Shown: positions 36,249-49,901 of the stretch, one piece after another | Numbering within the stretch: position 1 is the stretch's first letter | Layout of the letters: every line of letters begins with the position of its first letter | NCBI RefSeq assembly: GCF_030028105.1 | Contig: NC_092383.1 | Coordinates: 97,301,604 to 97,365,603, forward strand | Direction: 5' to 3' | DNA length: 64,000 bases | DNA from: Mobula birostris | Taxonomy: Eukaryota | The notes under the pieces: generated by a model | The model's database searches: none | The model's input: the letters and a program-made list of their open reading frames with translations, nothing else | Told to the model about the DNA's origin: nothing | Program-made: the position numbers and the translations under genes

Positions 36249-37309
36249 ATACCTCTTCCCAGACATGCTGCCTGGCCTGCTGCGTTCACCAGCAACTTTG
36301 ATGTGTGTTGCTTGAATTTCCAGCATCTGCAGAATTCCTGTTGTCTGTTTAATGATATTTAGCTTGTGGCACAATACTTTGAGTAATGTCAGAAATGTCA
36401 TTAAACTGGAAAGTTGGCCAGCTTTGTAGCACTGGTTTGTCCCAAGTTTTTTACTAATGAAAGCGAGTGTCGAGTCAAGTTGAGTTTATTGTCATTTAAC
36501 TTTATACATGTACACCGTCAAACAAGACAATGTTTCTCTGCAGCATAAAAGTACAAATAACACACATATGATACACAATAACTTTGGAAAATAAAAATTG
36601 AATCTACAAATGAATTAAGCATAAATAAACCAAGTAAGGGCATACATTAAATATTGTAAGGTACAGAACAAATTAACTAGTGAAACTTCAGATGTGATAT
36701 GGCAGGGAGTTCAGAAGCTGTATCCCCATTCTGACTGTTCTTGCCTTTATGCACCAGCGGCTCCTGCCTAATGGTGTAAAGTCAAAGAGGATGCTGGATG
36801 TATGGGTGGGATCTTTGATAATATTAATGGCCCTGCGTACGCAGCTCAGAGGTTTGCCAAACACATTCTTTGTCATCCTGTCTATGTGTGTCATCACTTT
36901 CAGTGAACTGTGTACTGGTATTCCTAGATCTCTCTGTTCTAGAACAATTCCTCAGGCTGTCCCATTTACTCTTTAATTCCTGCGCTGGTTGAAGTTACCA
37001 AACTGCAGCCCTTTGCATTTGTTCAGATTTGGTCCACTCACTCAGTTGATTTCGATCTGGTAATCTTCTTCACTGTACACTATCCCACCAATTTTAATGT
37101 CATCCACAAACTTCCCAAACTCCATAAGTAATTGATATAGGTGATGAACAATAAAAGATCCAGTACTGATCCCTGCAACACACCGGAGGTAACTGGCCTC
37201 CAGTCTAAATAACAACCCTCCACGAGCACCCTCTGACTCCTTCCAATGTGCCAACTTCGTATCCAAGTGGCAAGCTCACGCTGGATCTCATATGATCTAA
37301 TGACAAACC

Positions 37310-39400
37310 ATATAAAATGCTGGAGAAACTCAGCAATTCAGGCAGCAGCAAATGAGGGGAATAAACAGTTGGTGTTTCAAATGGAAGCCATTCATCAGGA
37401 CTGGAAAGGAAGGGGGAAGAGCCAGAATAACAAGGTTGGGGCGGAGGAGAAGGAACATAACCTGGCAGGTAATCGGTGAGAGCAGGTGAGGGGGAGTATG
37501 GAGGGGGAATGAAAAAAGAAGCTGACCCACCTCTGACATCTCAATCCCCTTTCTCGATCGCTCTGTTCCATCTCTGGAGATAGGCATCTTTTACAAGCCT
37601 ACTAACTTTCAGTTGTCTTGACTATTCCTCTTCCCAGCCCTACCTTATAAAAACACGATTTCCTTCTCTCAGTTCCTCTGCCGCCACTGCACCTGTTCTC
37701 AGGAGGAGGCTTTGCATTCTGGAACAGCTGAGATGTCCTACAAAGAATTGTGTTTCCCTTCCACAGTCATTGACGCTGCTTGCACCTGCATCTCCTCAAT
37801 TTCTCACATGATCATCCCATTGTCATAGCAGGGATAGTGTTCCTCTTGTCCTTACCTATCATTCACAATCCTCTGTATCCAGCCCATTATTCTCCAGAAC
37901 TTCTCCCATCTACAACAGAATCATACCATGCAGCAAATCTTTCCTTCACCCCACTCTCCACTTTCCGTAAGGATCACTCTCTGCGTGACTTCCTTGTCCA
38001 CTTGTCTCTCTCCAATGATTCCCCTCCTGGCACTTAATCCTGTCAGTAGGACAAGTGTACACCTGCCTCTACACCTCCTCCCTCACCATATTTCAGGGCC
38101 CTAAATAGTCCTTCCTGATGGGGCAACATTTCGTCTGCAAATCGTTTGGGTCATCTATTGCATGTGGTTCTCCCATTATGGTCTCCTCTACATCAGTAAG
38201 ATCCCACGCTGACTGGGGGACTGCTTCATCAAGCAGATTTGCTCTGTTTGCTGCAAAATGCAAGATCACCCATTACAATTTGACTTCCCGTTCTCATTCT
38301 GTCTGTAGCCTCCTGTACTCCACAATGAGGCCAAACTCAGGCTGGATAGCTTTCAACCTGATGGCATGAACATCGCTTTCTCTAACTGTCCATAATTAAA
38401 CTCTTCACCCCCTTTTCTTTTTCCATTCCCCATTCCGGTTACCCTCACACCCCGTCTCTTCTCCTCTCCTGCCCATCATCTCCCATTCGTTCCCCACATC
38501 TCTCCATTCTTCTATGGCTGGTATTCTCAGAATCAGCATTAGGTTTATTATCACGGACATAAATAATGTAATTTGTGGTTTTGTGGAAGCAGTACAGTGC
38601 AAAACATAAAATATACAGTGAATTTTCAGAAGAAATATGTGTAAAAATGAAATAAATTGTACAAAAAGGAGAGTATAATAGTGAATTGTGTTCGTGGCTT
38701 CACTTTCTGTTCAGAAAACTGATGACAGAGGGGAAGAAGCTATTCCTAAAATATTAAGTGTGTGTTTTCAGAATCCTGTATCTTCTCTCTGCTGGAGGCA
38801 ATGAGAAGAGGGCATGTCTTGGGGATTGCTTTTGGAAGGTGTCATCAATAGTGCTTAGGCTGGTGTCCATGCTGGAGCTGGCTAAGTTTGCAACTTTCAG
38901 CAGCTTCTCCAATCCTGTACTGTGGCCCTTCCATATCATACAGTGATGCAGCCAGTTAGAATGCTCACCATGGCACATCTGTAAACACTTGCTAGGGTCT
39001 TTGGTGATGTATCAAACTCCTAATGAAATATATCCACTGGTGTGCCCTCTTTGTAATTGTATCAATATGTTGGGACCAGGATAGATCTTCTGAGGTCTCT
39101 CTTCTTAAATTTCTTCTTCTGACCTAACATCTCACAGCTTCTAACTTCATCTCTCCTCCCCCACCCACCCACCTTCCCTCTCACCTAGTCTTATCCATCA
39201 GCTACCAGCTTGTGCTCCTTCACCTCCCCCACCTTCTTATTGTGGCTTCTAGCTCCTTCCTTTCCAGTCTTGCCGAGGGTTCTTGGTCTGAAATTTTGAC
39301 TGTTTATTCCCCTCCATGGGTGCTGCCAGACCTGCTGAGTTCTGCCCATATTTTGTACGTGTTGTTCGTTCAAGAATGCCAGCACCTGCAGAATCTCTTG
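37310..39400. mobile_element. Older Penelope-like remnants (minus 3' end, plus RT/GIY-YIG, plus 3' end), interrupted by another LINE piece
   Basis: Minus-strand CCAGTCCTGATGAATGG..TGAAAC near 37375-37405; decayed FPFSQFLCR and GIY-YIG-like sequence at 37530-38400; degenerate terminus at 39260-39400. Confidence 0.55.
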
Positions 39401-39409
39401 TGCCCATGT

Positions 39410-40330
39410 GTTCCAAGGTTCCAGATTAATTTACCACGCAGGACTTTGTCAAATGTCTTCCTAATGTCCATGTCAACAATGCCTACCATTCTGCCTCTCA
39501 GTTGCCTCTTCAAAAAACTCAATCACATCTGTGAGACAGAATATTGCATGCACGTAACTATATTAAATCATCCCTCATCAGTATTTGCCTTTCCAAATGT
39601 AGGTAGATCCCTATGTCTCAGAGTCCTCTCCAATAATTTTCCCACCAATGTTCAGCTCACCACCTCCATCCCTGGCTTTTCCTTGTAGCCTTTCTTAAAT
39701 AAAGGCAATAACACTCTCCAGTCTTCCAGTATCTCATCTACAGCTACCGATGGTATAAATACCACTTCCAGCACTCCAGTAATTTTTTCAAACTTCCCGA
39801 ATATATCTGAGGATGCACTTGATTGCCTTCAGGAATTTCATGAAATTTAAGACTGCCAACACCACCTATTTTGTCATGTGGCAATGTTCCTAAACATCAC
39901 AATTTTTTTCCCGTATTCCCTACTTTCCATGACCTTCACCATGGTAAAGTTCAAAGGAAATACTAATTTAAGATACCACCCATTTCCCAAGGCTCACATA
40001 TTGAACCTTAAGGTGCTCTGTTATCTCCCTAGTTACCTCCTTACTCTGAATATACTTACAGATTCTCTTGAAAGTTCTCCTTTACCTTTTCAGACATGCT
40101 GTATTGTTTTGCTCTTTTGATTTCTCTCTTGTGTATCCCTGCATCTATTATACTCAAGTAATTCCTTTGATCCCAGTTATATTCTTGTACTTGACCTTAA
40201 TATCCCTCATGGACCAGTTTTCCCTGACTCCCCTGCCACCTTGCCTTTCAATCTAATAGGAACATGCTGGCCACCTGAATTTTAAGTCCGTCTCACACGT
40301 CTGATGTCTCGTTACCTTCAAGCAGCTTCT
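39410..40330 (-). mobile_element. CR1 fragment, degenerate
   Basis: Reverse-strand remnants of the VDIxMDIxKTFDKV and LLRDRIY regions. Confidence 0.5.
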
Positions 40331-42159
40331 CCCAGTCAAACTTTGGAGTCTCTGTTTAAAATTTCAATGTAAATTTTATTATCAAGTACATGTATGTCAC
40401 CATATACAGACTTGAAATTCATCTTCTCAGAAAATCTATAAAATAGTAACAACAACATCTTCAATGGAAGATCAACCAGAGTGCAGAAGACAACAAACTG
40501 TGCAAATGCAAATATAAATAAATAACAATTATTAATGAGAGCATGTGGTAATGAGATAAAGAGTCATTGAAGTTAGATTATTGGTTGTAGGAACATTTCA
40601 ATGATGGGGCGTGAGTGTAGTTATCCCCTTTTACTCAACAGCCTGATGGTTGAGGGTAGTAACTGTTCCGAGTGATGTGGGTTCTGAGGCTCTTGTGCCA
40701 TTCTGCCTGATGACAGCAGCAACAGGAGAGCATGATCTGGGTGGTGGGGATCTCTGATGATGGATGCTGCTTTCCTACAACAGTGTTTCATGTAGGTGTA
40801 CTCAATATCTGGGAGGGCTTTACTCACGACGTACTGGTTTGAGTCCATTACCTTTTGTAGGATTTTCCATTCAAAGCCTGTTCCATTCCATATCAAAGCA
40901 AATTGGTTTTACTTTAATTTCAAACTAGCTTGTGGACCAATCCTAACTCTTCTCTGCAACAATTTAAAACATAGAATTACACTGTCTGTTCCAAAGTGTT
41001 TCCCCACTGACCGTTCAGTCTCTTGCCCAGGCTCACTTCTCATGTGAGATCCATTATAGTCCCTTATTTTGTAGCACCATCTGCATATTGTTTGAGAAAA
41101 CTTTTCTGGATACACCCAATTCCATCTCATCCAAACCCTTAGCACTATGGTAGTCCCAGTCAATATTACGGAAGTTAAGAATGCCGACTATTGAAATCCA
41201 GTTGTTCCTTCACTCTTATCTGTGATCTCCCTACATATTTGGTCCTGTAATTCCCACAGACTACTTGAGGCCTGTAGTACAATTCCATCCAATGTTATCA
41301 CCCCCTTCTTATTTCTGAATTCTCAGTAATAAGAATATCTTCTCCTCTTCAGTGGTGAGGTGAGTGAAGTTATCCATGCGGGTTTTATCCATCCAGCTTC
41401 CCAGTACATTCCTACATTGGGACAAGACTAATTTTGCTGACGTTATACAAGAACTGGCTGTGGTTGACCAGGAGAGGCTGTTTGTCAGTAAAAAGAATTC
41501 TGACAAGTGAGAGCTTTGTAGAAAAAAAAGTAATGAGCGTTCAGAGAGAGAGTACTCCTGTTAGAGTGAAAGGAAAAAAATTGTAAGGTTAAGGAATCCT
41601 GGTTGAAGAGGGATATTGAGCCTCTGGTAAGGAAAAACATGGAAGTATAGGTTGGGATCAGGTGAATCGCTTGAGGAGTAAAAAAAGGGATGTAGGAGAA
41701 CACAAGAAGGAATCAGGAGGGCAAAAGGACAGCATTGGCAGATGAGAGAATCCTAAAATATTCCCCAATTAAATTAAGAGCAAGAATAACTCAGGTGAGA
41801 ATAAGGAATAATGTGACTATCTGTGTGTGGAGCCACAGGAGATGGGTGAGGTCTGAAATGAATACTGCTCACTTGTATTCATTGTGGAGAAAGTGGTAAA
41901 TTGGTTTATTATTGTTACACGTACAAATGTGAAAACTTGTCTGGATACTCTTCATACAGATCAGTTCATTACAAGTGCATTGCGATAGTAAAAGGTAAAA
42001 TATAACAGAATGCAGAATTGAGTGCTGCACTTACAGAGAAGTGCAGTGCAGGTGGACTATAGTGGCCAGTGTCAAAGCGAGATGAATTGTGAGATCAAGC
42101 TGTAATCTTATTATAAATGGGAGGGAACTGTTCTGAGGTCTTATAACAGTATTATAGAA

Positions 42160-45100
42160 GCTGGTGAATGGTGAGGTGGAGACACATCTCTAACAAAGGA
42201 GGTGCAAGGAGCTCCTTCCCTCCACTCGCCTGCAGGTGAACCTTGGATAAGCTGTAGCATCTACTTAGCGACATCCCCCCGGCCTCTGGCCCTGATCAGG
42301 CTCACGTGAAGCCATGGGATCAGGCGATGGTTGGTCAGATGAGCAGCTGGTGCATATCACAAGTCCTGGTTATGTGACCACTAACTCCAGGCAGAGAATC
42401 TCTGAAGAATATTGATAATGGATGGCGTCACACATCTTAGAACATAGAACATAGAATAGTACAGCACAGTACAGGTCCTTCGGCCCACAATGCTGTGCCG
42501 ACCCTCAAAGCCTGCCTCCCATATAAGCCCCCACCTTAGATTCCTCCATATACCTGTCTAGTAGTCTCTTAAACTTCACTAGTGTATCTGCCTCACCACT
42601 GACTCAGACAGTGCATTCCACACACCAACCACTCTCTGAGTAAAAAATCTTCCTCTAATATCCCCCTTGAACTTCCCACCCCTTACCTTAAAGCCATGTC
42701 CTCTTGTATTGAGCAGTGGTGCCCTGGGGAAGAGGCGCTGGCTATCCACTCTATCTATTCCTCTTATTATCTTGTACACCTCTATCATGTCTCCTCTCAT
42801 CCTCCCTCTCTCCAAAGAGTAAAGCCCTCGCTCCCTTAATCTCTGATCATAATGCATACTCTCTAAACCAGGCAGCATCCTGGTAAATCTCCTCTGTACC
42901 CTTTCCAATGCTTCCACATCCTTCCTATAGTGAGGTGACCAGAACTGGACACAGTACTCCAAGTGTGGCCTAACCAGAGTTTTATAGAGCTGCATCATTA
43001 CATTGCGACTCTTAAACTCTATCCCTCGACTTATGAAAGCTAACACCCCATAAGCTTTCTTAACTACTCTATCCACCTGTGAGGCAACTTTCAGGGATCT
43101 GTGGACATGTACCCCGAGATGCCTCTGCTCCTCCACACTACCAAGTATCCTGCCATTTACTTTGTACTCTGCCTTGGAGTTTGTCCTTCCAAAGTGTACC
43201 ACCTCACACTTCTCCGGGTTGAACTCCATCTGCCACTTCTCAGCCCACTTCTGCATCCTATCAATGTCTCTCTGCAATCTTTGACAATCCTCTACACTAT
43301 CTACAGCACCACCAACCTTTGTGTCATCTGCAAAATTGCCAACCCACCCTTCTACCCCAACATCCAGGTCGTTAATAAAAATCATGAAAAGTAGAGGTCC
43401 CAGAACAGATCCTTGTGGGACACCACTAGTCACAATCCTCCAATCTGAATGTACTCCCTCCACCACAACCCTCTGCCTTCTGCAGGCAAGCCAATTCTGA
43501 ATCCACCTGGCCAAACTTCCCTGGATCCCATGCCTTCTAACTTTCTGTATAAGCCTACCGTGTGGAACCTTGTCAAATGCCTCACTAAAATCCATATAGA
43601 TCACATCCACTGCACTACCTTCATCTATATATGTCTGGTCACCTCCTCAAAGAACTCTATCAGGCTTGTTAGACATGATCTGCCCTTCACAAAGCCATGC
43701 TGACTGTCCCTGATCAGCCCATGATTCTCTAAATGCCCATAGATTCTATGTCTAAGAATCTTTTCCAACAGCTTTCCCACCACAGTCGTAAGGCTCACGG
43801 GTCCAAATTACCCGGACTATCCCTACTACCTTTTTGAACAAGGGAACAACATTCGCCTCCCTCCAATCCTCCGGTACCATTCCCGTGGACAACGAGGACA
43901 TAAAGATCCTAGCCAGAGGCTTAGCAATCTCTTCTCTCACCTCGTGGAGCAGCCTGGGGAATATTCCGTCAGGCCCCGGGGACTTATCTGTCCTAATGTA
44001 TTTTAACAACTCCAACACCTCCTCTCCCTTAATATCAGCATGCTCCAGAACATCAACCTCACTCAGACTGTCCTCACCATCATCAAGTTTCCTCTCATTG
44101 GTGAGTACCGAAGAGAAGTATTCATTGAGGACCTCGCTCACTTCCACAGCCTCCAGGCACATCTTCCCACCTTTATCTCTAATTGGTCCTACCTTCACTC
44201 CTGTCATCCTTTTTTTCTTCACATAATTGAAGAATGCCTTGGGGTTTTCCTTTACCCTACTCGCCAAGGCCTTCTCATGCCCCCTTCTTGCTCTTCTCAG
44301 CCCCTTCTTAAGGTCCTTTCTTGCTTCCCTATATTCCTCAATAGACCCATCTGATCCTTGCTTCCTAAACCTCATGTCTGCTGCCTTCTTCCTCCTGACT
44401 AGATTTTCCACCTCACTTGTCACCCATGGTTCCTTCACCCTACTATTCTTTATCTTCCTCACCAGGACAAATTTATCCCTTACATCCCGCAAGAGATCTC
44501 AAAACATCGACCGCATGTCCATAGTACATTTCCTTGCAAAAACATCATTCCAATTCACACCCGCAAGTTCTAGCCTTATAGCCTCATAATTTGCCTTTCC
44601 CCAATTAAAAATTTTCCTGTCCTCTTTGATTCTATCTTTTTCCATGATAATTATAAAGGCCAGGGAGCGGTGGTCACTGTCCCCCAGATGCACACCCACT
44701 GAGAGATCTGTGATCTGACCCGGTTCATTACCTAGTACTAGATCTAGTATGGCATTCCCCCTGGTCGGCCTGTCGACATACTGTGACAGGAATCCGTCCT
44801 GGACACACTGAACAAATTCTGCCCCATCTAAACCCTTGGAACTAATCAGGTGCCAATCAATATTAGGGAAGTTAACGTCACCCATGATAAGAACCCTGTT
44901 ATTTTTGCACCTTTCCAAAATCTGCCTCCCAATCTGCTCCTCTGTATCTCTGCTGCTACCAGGGGGCCTATAGAATACCCCCAGTAGAGTAACTGCTCCC
45001 TTCCTGTTCCTGACTTCCACCCATATTGACTCAAAAGAGGATTCTGCTACATTACCCACCCTTTCTGTAGCTGTAATAGTATCCCTGACCAGTAATGCCA

Positions 45101-45720
45101 CCCCTCCTCCGCTTTTTCCGCCCTCTCTATCCCTTTTAAAGCACTGAAATCCAGGAATATTGAGAATCCATTCCTGCCCTGGTGCCGGCCAAGTCTCTGT
45201 AATGGCCACTACATCAAAATTCCATGTATGTATCCAAGCTCTCAGTTCATCACCTTTGTTCCTGATGCTTCTAGCATTGAGATACACACATTTCAGCCCT
45301 TCTACCTTACTGTCTTTACACCGTTTATTCTGCTTCTCTTTCCTCAAAGCCTCTCTGTATGTTAGATCTGGCTTTACTCCATGCACTTCTTTCACTGCTC
45401 TATTGCTCTGGGTCCCATCCCCCTCGCAAATTAGTTTAAACCCTCCTGAACCATGCTAGCAAGCCTACCTGCAAGGATATTGCTCCCCTTCGAGTTCAGG
45501 TGCAACCCATCCAATCTGTACAGGTCCCACCTTCCCCAGAAGAGATCCCAATGATCTAAAAATCTAAAACCCTGCTCCTGCTCTTCTAAAAACACTGTCC
45601 AGAAGAAGGCAATGGCAAGCCACTTCTGTAGAAAACATTGCCAAGAACAATCATGGTCAAAAACCATGATCGCCCACATCATACAACACGGCACACAGTG
45701 ATGATGATAATGATGTTGAT
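42160..45720 (+). mobile_element. RTE-type SINE split by a CR1 (pieces 42160-42438 and 45582-45720)
   Basis: The 3' piece CCAGAAGAAGGCAATGGCAAGCCACTTCTG...CACGGCAC..(GAT)n resembles RTE-derived SINE tails and reads contiguously with ..GTCACACATCTT when the CR1 is removed. Confidence 0.5.
42439..45581 (-). mobile_element. Relatively young CR1 LINE: ORF1 end plus complete but disabled ORF2
   Basis: APE (VYLNARSIRNK..ITETW..GDVNFP..SDH) at 44499-45395, one in-frame stop, linker at 43752-44492, frameshift, RT (AFDKV, GVPQGSVLGP, FADDTK) at 42579-43610; (TTCTATG)n tail. Confidence 0.95.
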
Positions 45721-45879
45721 GACAGAAGTTCTCCTTCAGCCTGGTGGTATGCTTTTTTGGGCTTTTATTATCTGCCTGATTTGGGAGGGGTGTTGCGGTG
45801 AAGAGAGCATGTCTGAGGTGAGTTGGCTGCATTACGAAAGCAGCAAGAAATGTAAACAGAGTTTATGGAGGGGTGGGGT

Positions 45880-46260
45880 TTCCATCGTAAACTGAAACAT
45901 GTCCACGATTATCTGCAGTTTCTTTCAGTCATACGCAGAGCAGTTCCCAGACCAAGCAGTGGTGCATCCAGATAAGATACTTTCTATAGCTCAGTAATAA
46001 AACTCGGCAAGGGGAAATGCCGAAGATTTTCAGTCTCTTACGGAAGTAGAGGAGTTGGTGAGCTTTCTTGGCCATTGTGTCCACATGGTTAGAGCAGGAT
46101 AGGATGTTGATGTTCACTCCTAAGAACATGAAGGTCTCAACCTTCACAACTTCTACATCATTGATGCAGTATGTACACTGCTTCATCTTGAAATCAATGA
46201 ACAACTCTTTTGTTTTGATGGCATTGAGGGATAGGTTGTTGTTATGACCCCATTTCACTT
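45880..46260 (-). mobile_element. Rex1/Babar-like RT C-terminal fragment
   Basis: WGHNNNLSLNAIKTKELFIDF...FLGVNI...KKAHQLLYFRKRLK. Confidence 0.7.
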
Positions 46261-46358
46261 GGTGCTCTGTCTACTTCCTGTACTTAGATAAGTGCAAAGT
46301 GTTGTAGTTTGGGAAGTTAAACCAGACAATAATATACACAGCAAAAGGCAAGCCTTGG

Positions 46359-47935
46359 ACATAGAAACATAGAAACATAGAAAATAGGTGCAGGAGTAGG
46401 CCATTCAGCCCTTCGAGCCTGTACCGCCATTCAGTATGATCATGTCTGATCATCCAACTCAGAACCCTGTACCAGCCTTCTCTCCATACCCCCTGATCCC
46501 TTTAGCCACAAGGGCCATATCTAACTCCCTCTTAAATATAGCCAATGAACTGGCCTCAACTATTTCCTGCGGCAGAAAATTCCACAGATTCACCACTCTC
46601 TGTGTGAAGAAGTTTTTCCTAATCTCGGTCCTAAAAGGCTTCCCCTTTATCCTCAAACTGTCACCCCTCATTCTGGACTTCCCCAACATCGAGAACAATC
46701 TTCCTGCATCTAGCCTGTCCAATCCCTTTAGGATCTTATACGTTTCAATCAGATCCCCCCTCAATCTTCTAAATTCCAACGAGTACAAGCCTAGTCGATC
46801 CAGTCTTTCATCATATGAAAGTCCTGACATCCCAGGAATCAATCTGGTGAACCTCCTCTGTACTCCCTCTATGGCAAGAATGTCCTTCCTCAGATTAGGG
46901 GACCAAAACTGCACACAATACTCCAGGTGTGGTCTCACCAGGGCCTTGTACAACTGCAGTAGTACCTCCCTGCTCCTGTACCCAAATCCTCTCGCTATAA
47001 ATGCCAACATACCATTCGCCTTTTTCACCGCCTGCTGTACCTGCATGCCCACTTTCAATGACTGGTGTATAATGACACCCAGGTCTCATTGCACCTCCCC
47101 TTTTCCTAATCGGCCACCATTCAGATAATAATCTGTTTTCCTGTTTTTGCCACCAAAGTGGATAACATCACATTTATCTACATTAAATTGCATCTGCCAT
47201 GAATTTGCCCACTCACCCAACCTATCCAAGTCACCCTGCATCCTCTTAGCATCCTCCTCACAGCTAACACTGCCACCCAGCTTCGTGTCATCCGCAAACT
47301 TGGAGATGCTGCATTTAATTCCCTCATCGAAGTCATTAATATATATTGTAAACATCTGGGGTCCCAGCACTGAGCCTTGCGGTACCCCACTAGTCACTGC
47401 CTGCCATTCTGAAAAAGTCCCGTTTATTCCCACTCTTTGCTTCCTGTCTGCCAACCAATTCTCTATCCACATCAATACCTTATCCACAATACCGTGTGCT
47501 TTAAGTTTGCACACTAATCTCCTGTGTGGGACCCTGTCAAAAGCCTTTTGAAATTCCAAATACACCACATCCACTGGTTCTCCCCTATCCACTCTACTAG
47601 TTACATCCTCAAAAAATTCTATGAGATTCGTCAGACATGATTTTCCTTTCACAAATCCATGCTGACTTTGTCCGATGATTTCAACGCTTTCCAAATGTGC
47701 TGTTATCACATCTTTGATAACTGACTCTAAAATTTTCCCCACCACCGATGTTAGGCTAACCAGTCTATAATTCCCAGGTTTCTCTCTCCCTCCTTTTTTA
47801 AAAAGCGGTGTTACATTAGCCACCCTCCAATCCTCAGGAACTAGTTCAGAATGTAAAGAGTTTTGAAAAATTATCACTAATGCATCCACTATTTCTTGGG
47901 CTAATTCCTTCAGCACTCTGGAGCGCAGACCATCT
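46359..47935 (-). mobile_element. 5'-truncated young CR1 (RT domain to 3' end)
   Basis: ORFs 47086-47916 and 46459-47058 with NYRLVSLTSVVGK, GVPQGSVLGP and FADDTK; (TTTCTATG)n tail. Confidence 0.95.
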
Positions 47936-48094
47936 GCCCCTGGGGACAGAGAGAGCTAGGGGTACAATGATATAGCTCCCTGAAAGTGGCAGCTGTACGG
48001 GATAATGAAGAAAGCATTTGGCACACTTACCTTCATCAGTTGGACCATTGCGGCAGCAGTTGGGTATCATGTTAAAACTGATGTAGATGTGAAC

Positions 48095-48720
48095 CACCTA
48101 GGTGTTGTTAAGGCTTTATAAAGTACTGGAGAGGCCTCACATGGAGTATTGTGAGAAGTTTTGGGCTCCTTTCCTAAGAAAGCATGTGCTAACGTTGGAG
48201 AAGGTTCAAAGGAGGCTCACAAAAATGATTTCGGGATTGAAAGGTTTTTCATCTGAGAAGCATGTGAAGGCTCTGGGCCTGTACTCACTGGAGTTCAGAA
48301 GAATGAAGAGGAACTCATTGCAACCTATCTAATGTTGAAAGGTCTCGATAACATGGATGCGGAGAGGATGTTTCCGATGGTGAGGGAGTCTAAGACCAAA
48401 GGATACAGCCTGGCAATTAAGACCAATCCATTTAGAACGGAGATGATGAGCAATTTGTTTAGCCAGAGAGTGGTGAGTTTGTGGAATTTAATTGCCACAA
48501 GTAGCTGTGGAGGCCAAGTCATTGGATAAATTTAAAGTGGAGGTTGATAAGGTCTTGATTAGCCAGTGTATGAAAGGATACAGGGAGAAGGCAGGAGATT
48601 GGGGTGGAGGGAAATCAATTAGCCATGATGAAATGGCGAAGCAGACTCAACGGGACAAATAACGTAACTCTGCTCCTGTATCTGTGGTCTTATGGTCTTA
48701 TAGTGTGTAGTCCTGATCAC
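48095..48720 (+). mobile_element. CR1 3' end
   Basis: LLRLYKVLERPHMEYCEKFWAP...FRTEMMSNLFSQRVV. Confidence 0.75.
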
Positions 48721-49901
48721 CTAGGTATACGGAAGGATGTCATTAAATTGAAAAAGGTGCAGAATGCATTTATGCAGCTGTTATTAGGACGGAAGGGTTG
48801 GAAACATAGAAACATAGAAAATCCTAGAGCACAAAAGGGATTTTGTTGTTTCTTCGTATCTGGGTTCAGTGGTTTGTCAGTGCACACCATGACACTGGAT
48901 ATTCTCTCTTCACAGAAACAAGTTCATTATCACCAGCATGTGATGTGAAATTTGTTAACTTAGCAGTGGCAGTTCAATGCAATACATAATCTAGCAGAGA
49001 AAAAATATAAAATAAAATACAAATAATAATAATAATAGTAATAAATAAACAAGTAAATCAATTATCGTATATGTATATTGAATCGAATTTTAAAAAGTGC
49101 CAAAACAGAAATACTGTATATTCAAAAAGTGAGGTAGTGTCCAAAGGTTCAATGTCGATTTAGGAATCGAATGGAAGAGGGGAAGAAGCTGTTCCTGAAT
49201 CGCTGAGTGTGTGATTCCCCTCTCCTGTATGACAGCAGACAAAACAGACACACCCAAGCAGGCTCAAAGACAGTTATCACAAGAGTTACAATCAAGATGA
49301 AATCTGCCGAAGCTGGAAATCCAAGCAACACACAGAAAATGTTGGAAGAACTCAGCAGGCCAGGCAGGATCTACACAAAATACTGGAGGAACTCTGCACT
49401 GAGTTCCTCCAGCATTTTGTGTGTGTTTATTACAAGAGTTATTAGACTCTTACACGGATACCTAAAAGATGAGCTCAAGGTCACCTTATTGTTGGATCAT
49501 GATTCATTTGCAATTCGAAGGTTCTTTGGAAATCAAGAATAAGGCATAAAACATTGGTTTTGATCGAATTGTTAAGTGTTACAAAAGCAAAGTAATAATT
49601 AAAAGAATAAAGAAAAGACCAATCAAAAAAAGCTGTGGTCTTATACTCAGACTAGAGTATAACAATTCATAACAATTAACCTATAAAATAGCAAGAGTTA
49701 TGTAGCGTGACAACTGCTACTGAAAACCAATACGTATGAAGCAACTGTGCCATATTTACTGGAAAATTCACAGAACTATTTTATGGATGCATGTGATTAT
49801 CTATAAATAAAAGCAAGTATGCGATTAAGTTAAACCACAAAAATGTTTACAATTCTACACCCTAATACAACATTCCCTATTGGATTCTAAATCACACGTT
49901 T

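Larger units (their letters stand above)
34122..36346. mobile_element. Penelope-like element, inverted structure, 11-bp TSD
   Basis: Minus copy 34122-35535 has RT C-terminus (VDFINFASNFHPALKFT...PFSQFLRLRRICS) and GIY-YIG (34515-34841); about 35 nt of filler; plus copy 35570-36346. GTTTAATGATA at 34111-34121 and 36347-36357. Confidence 0.9.
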
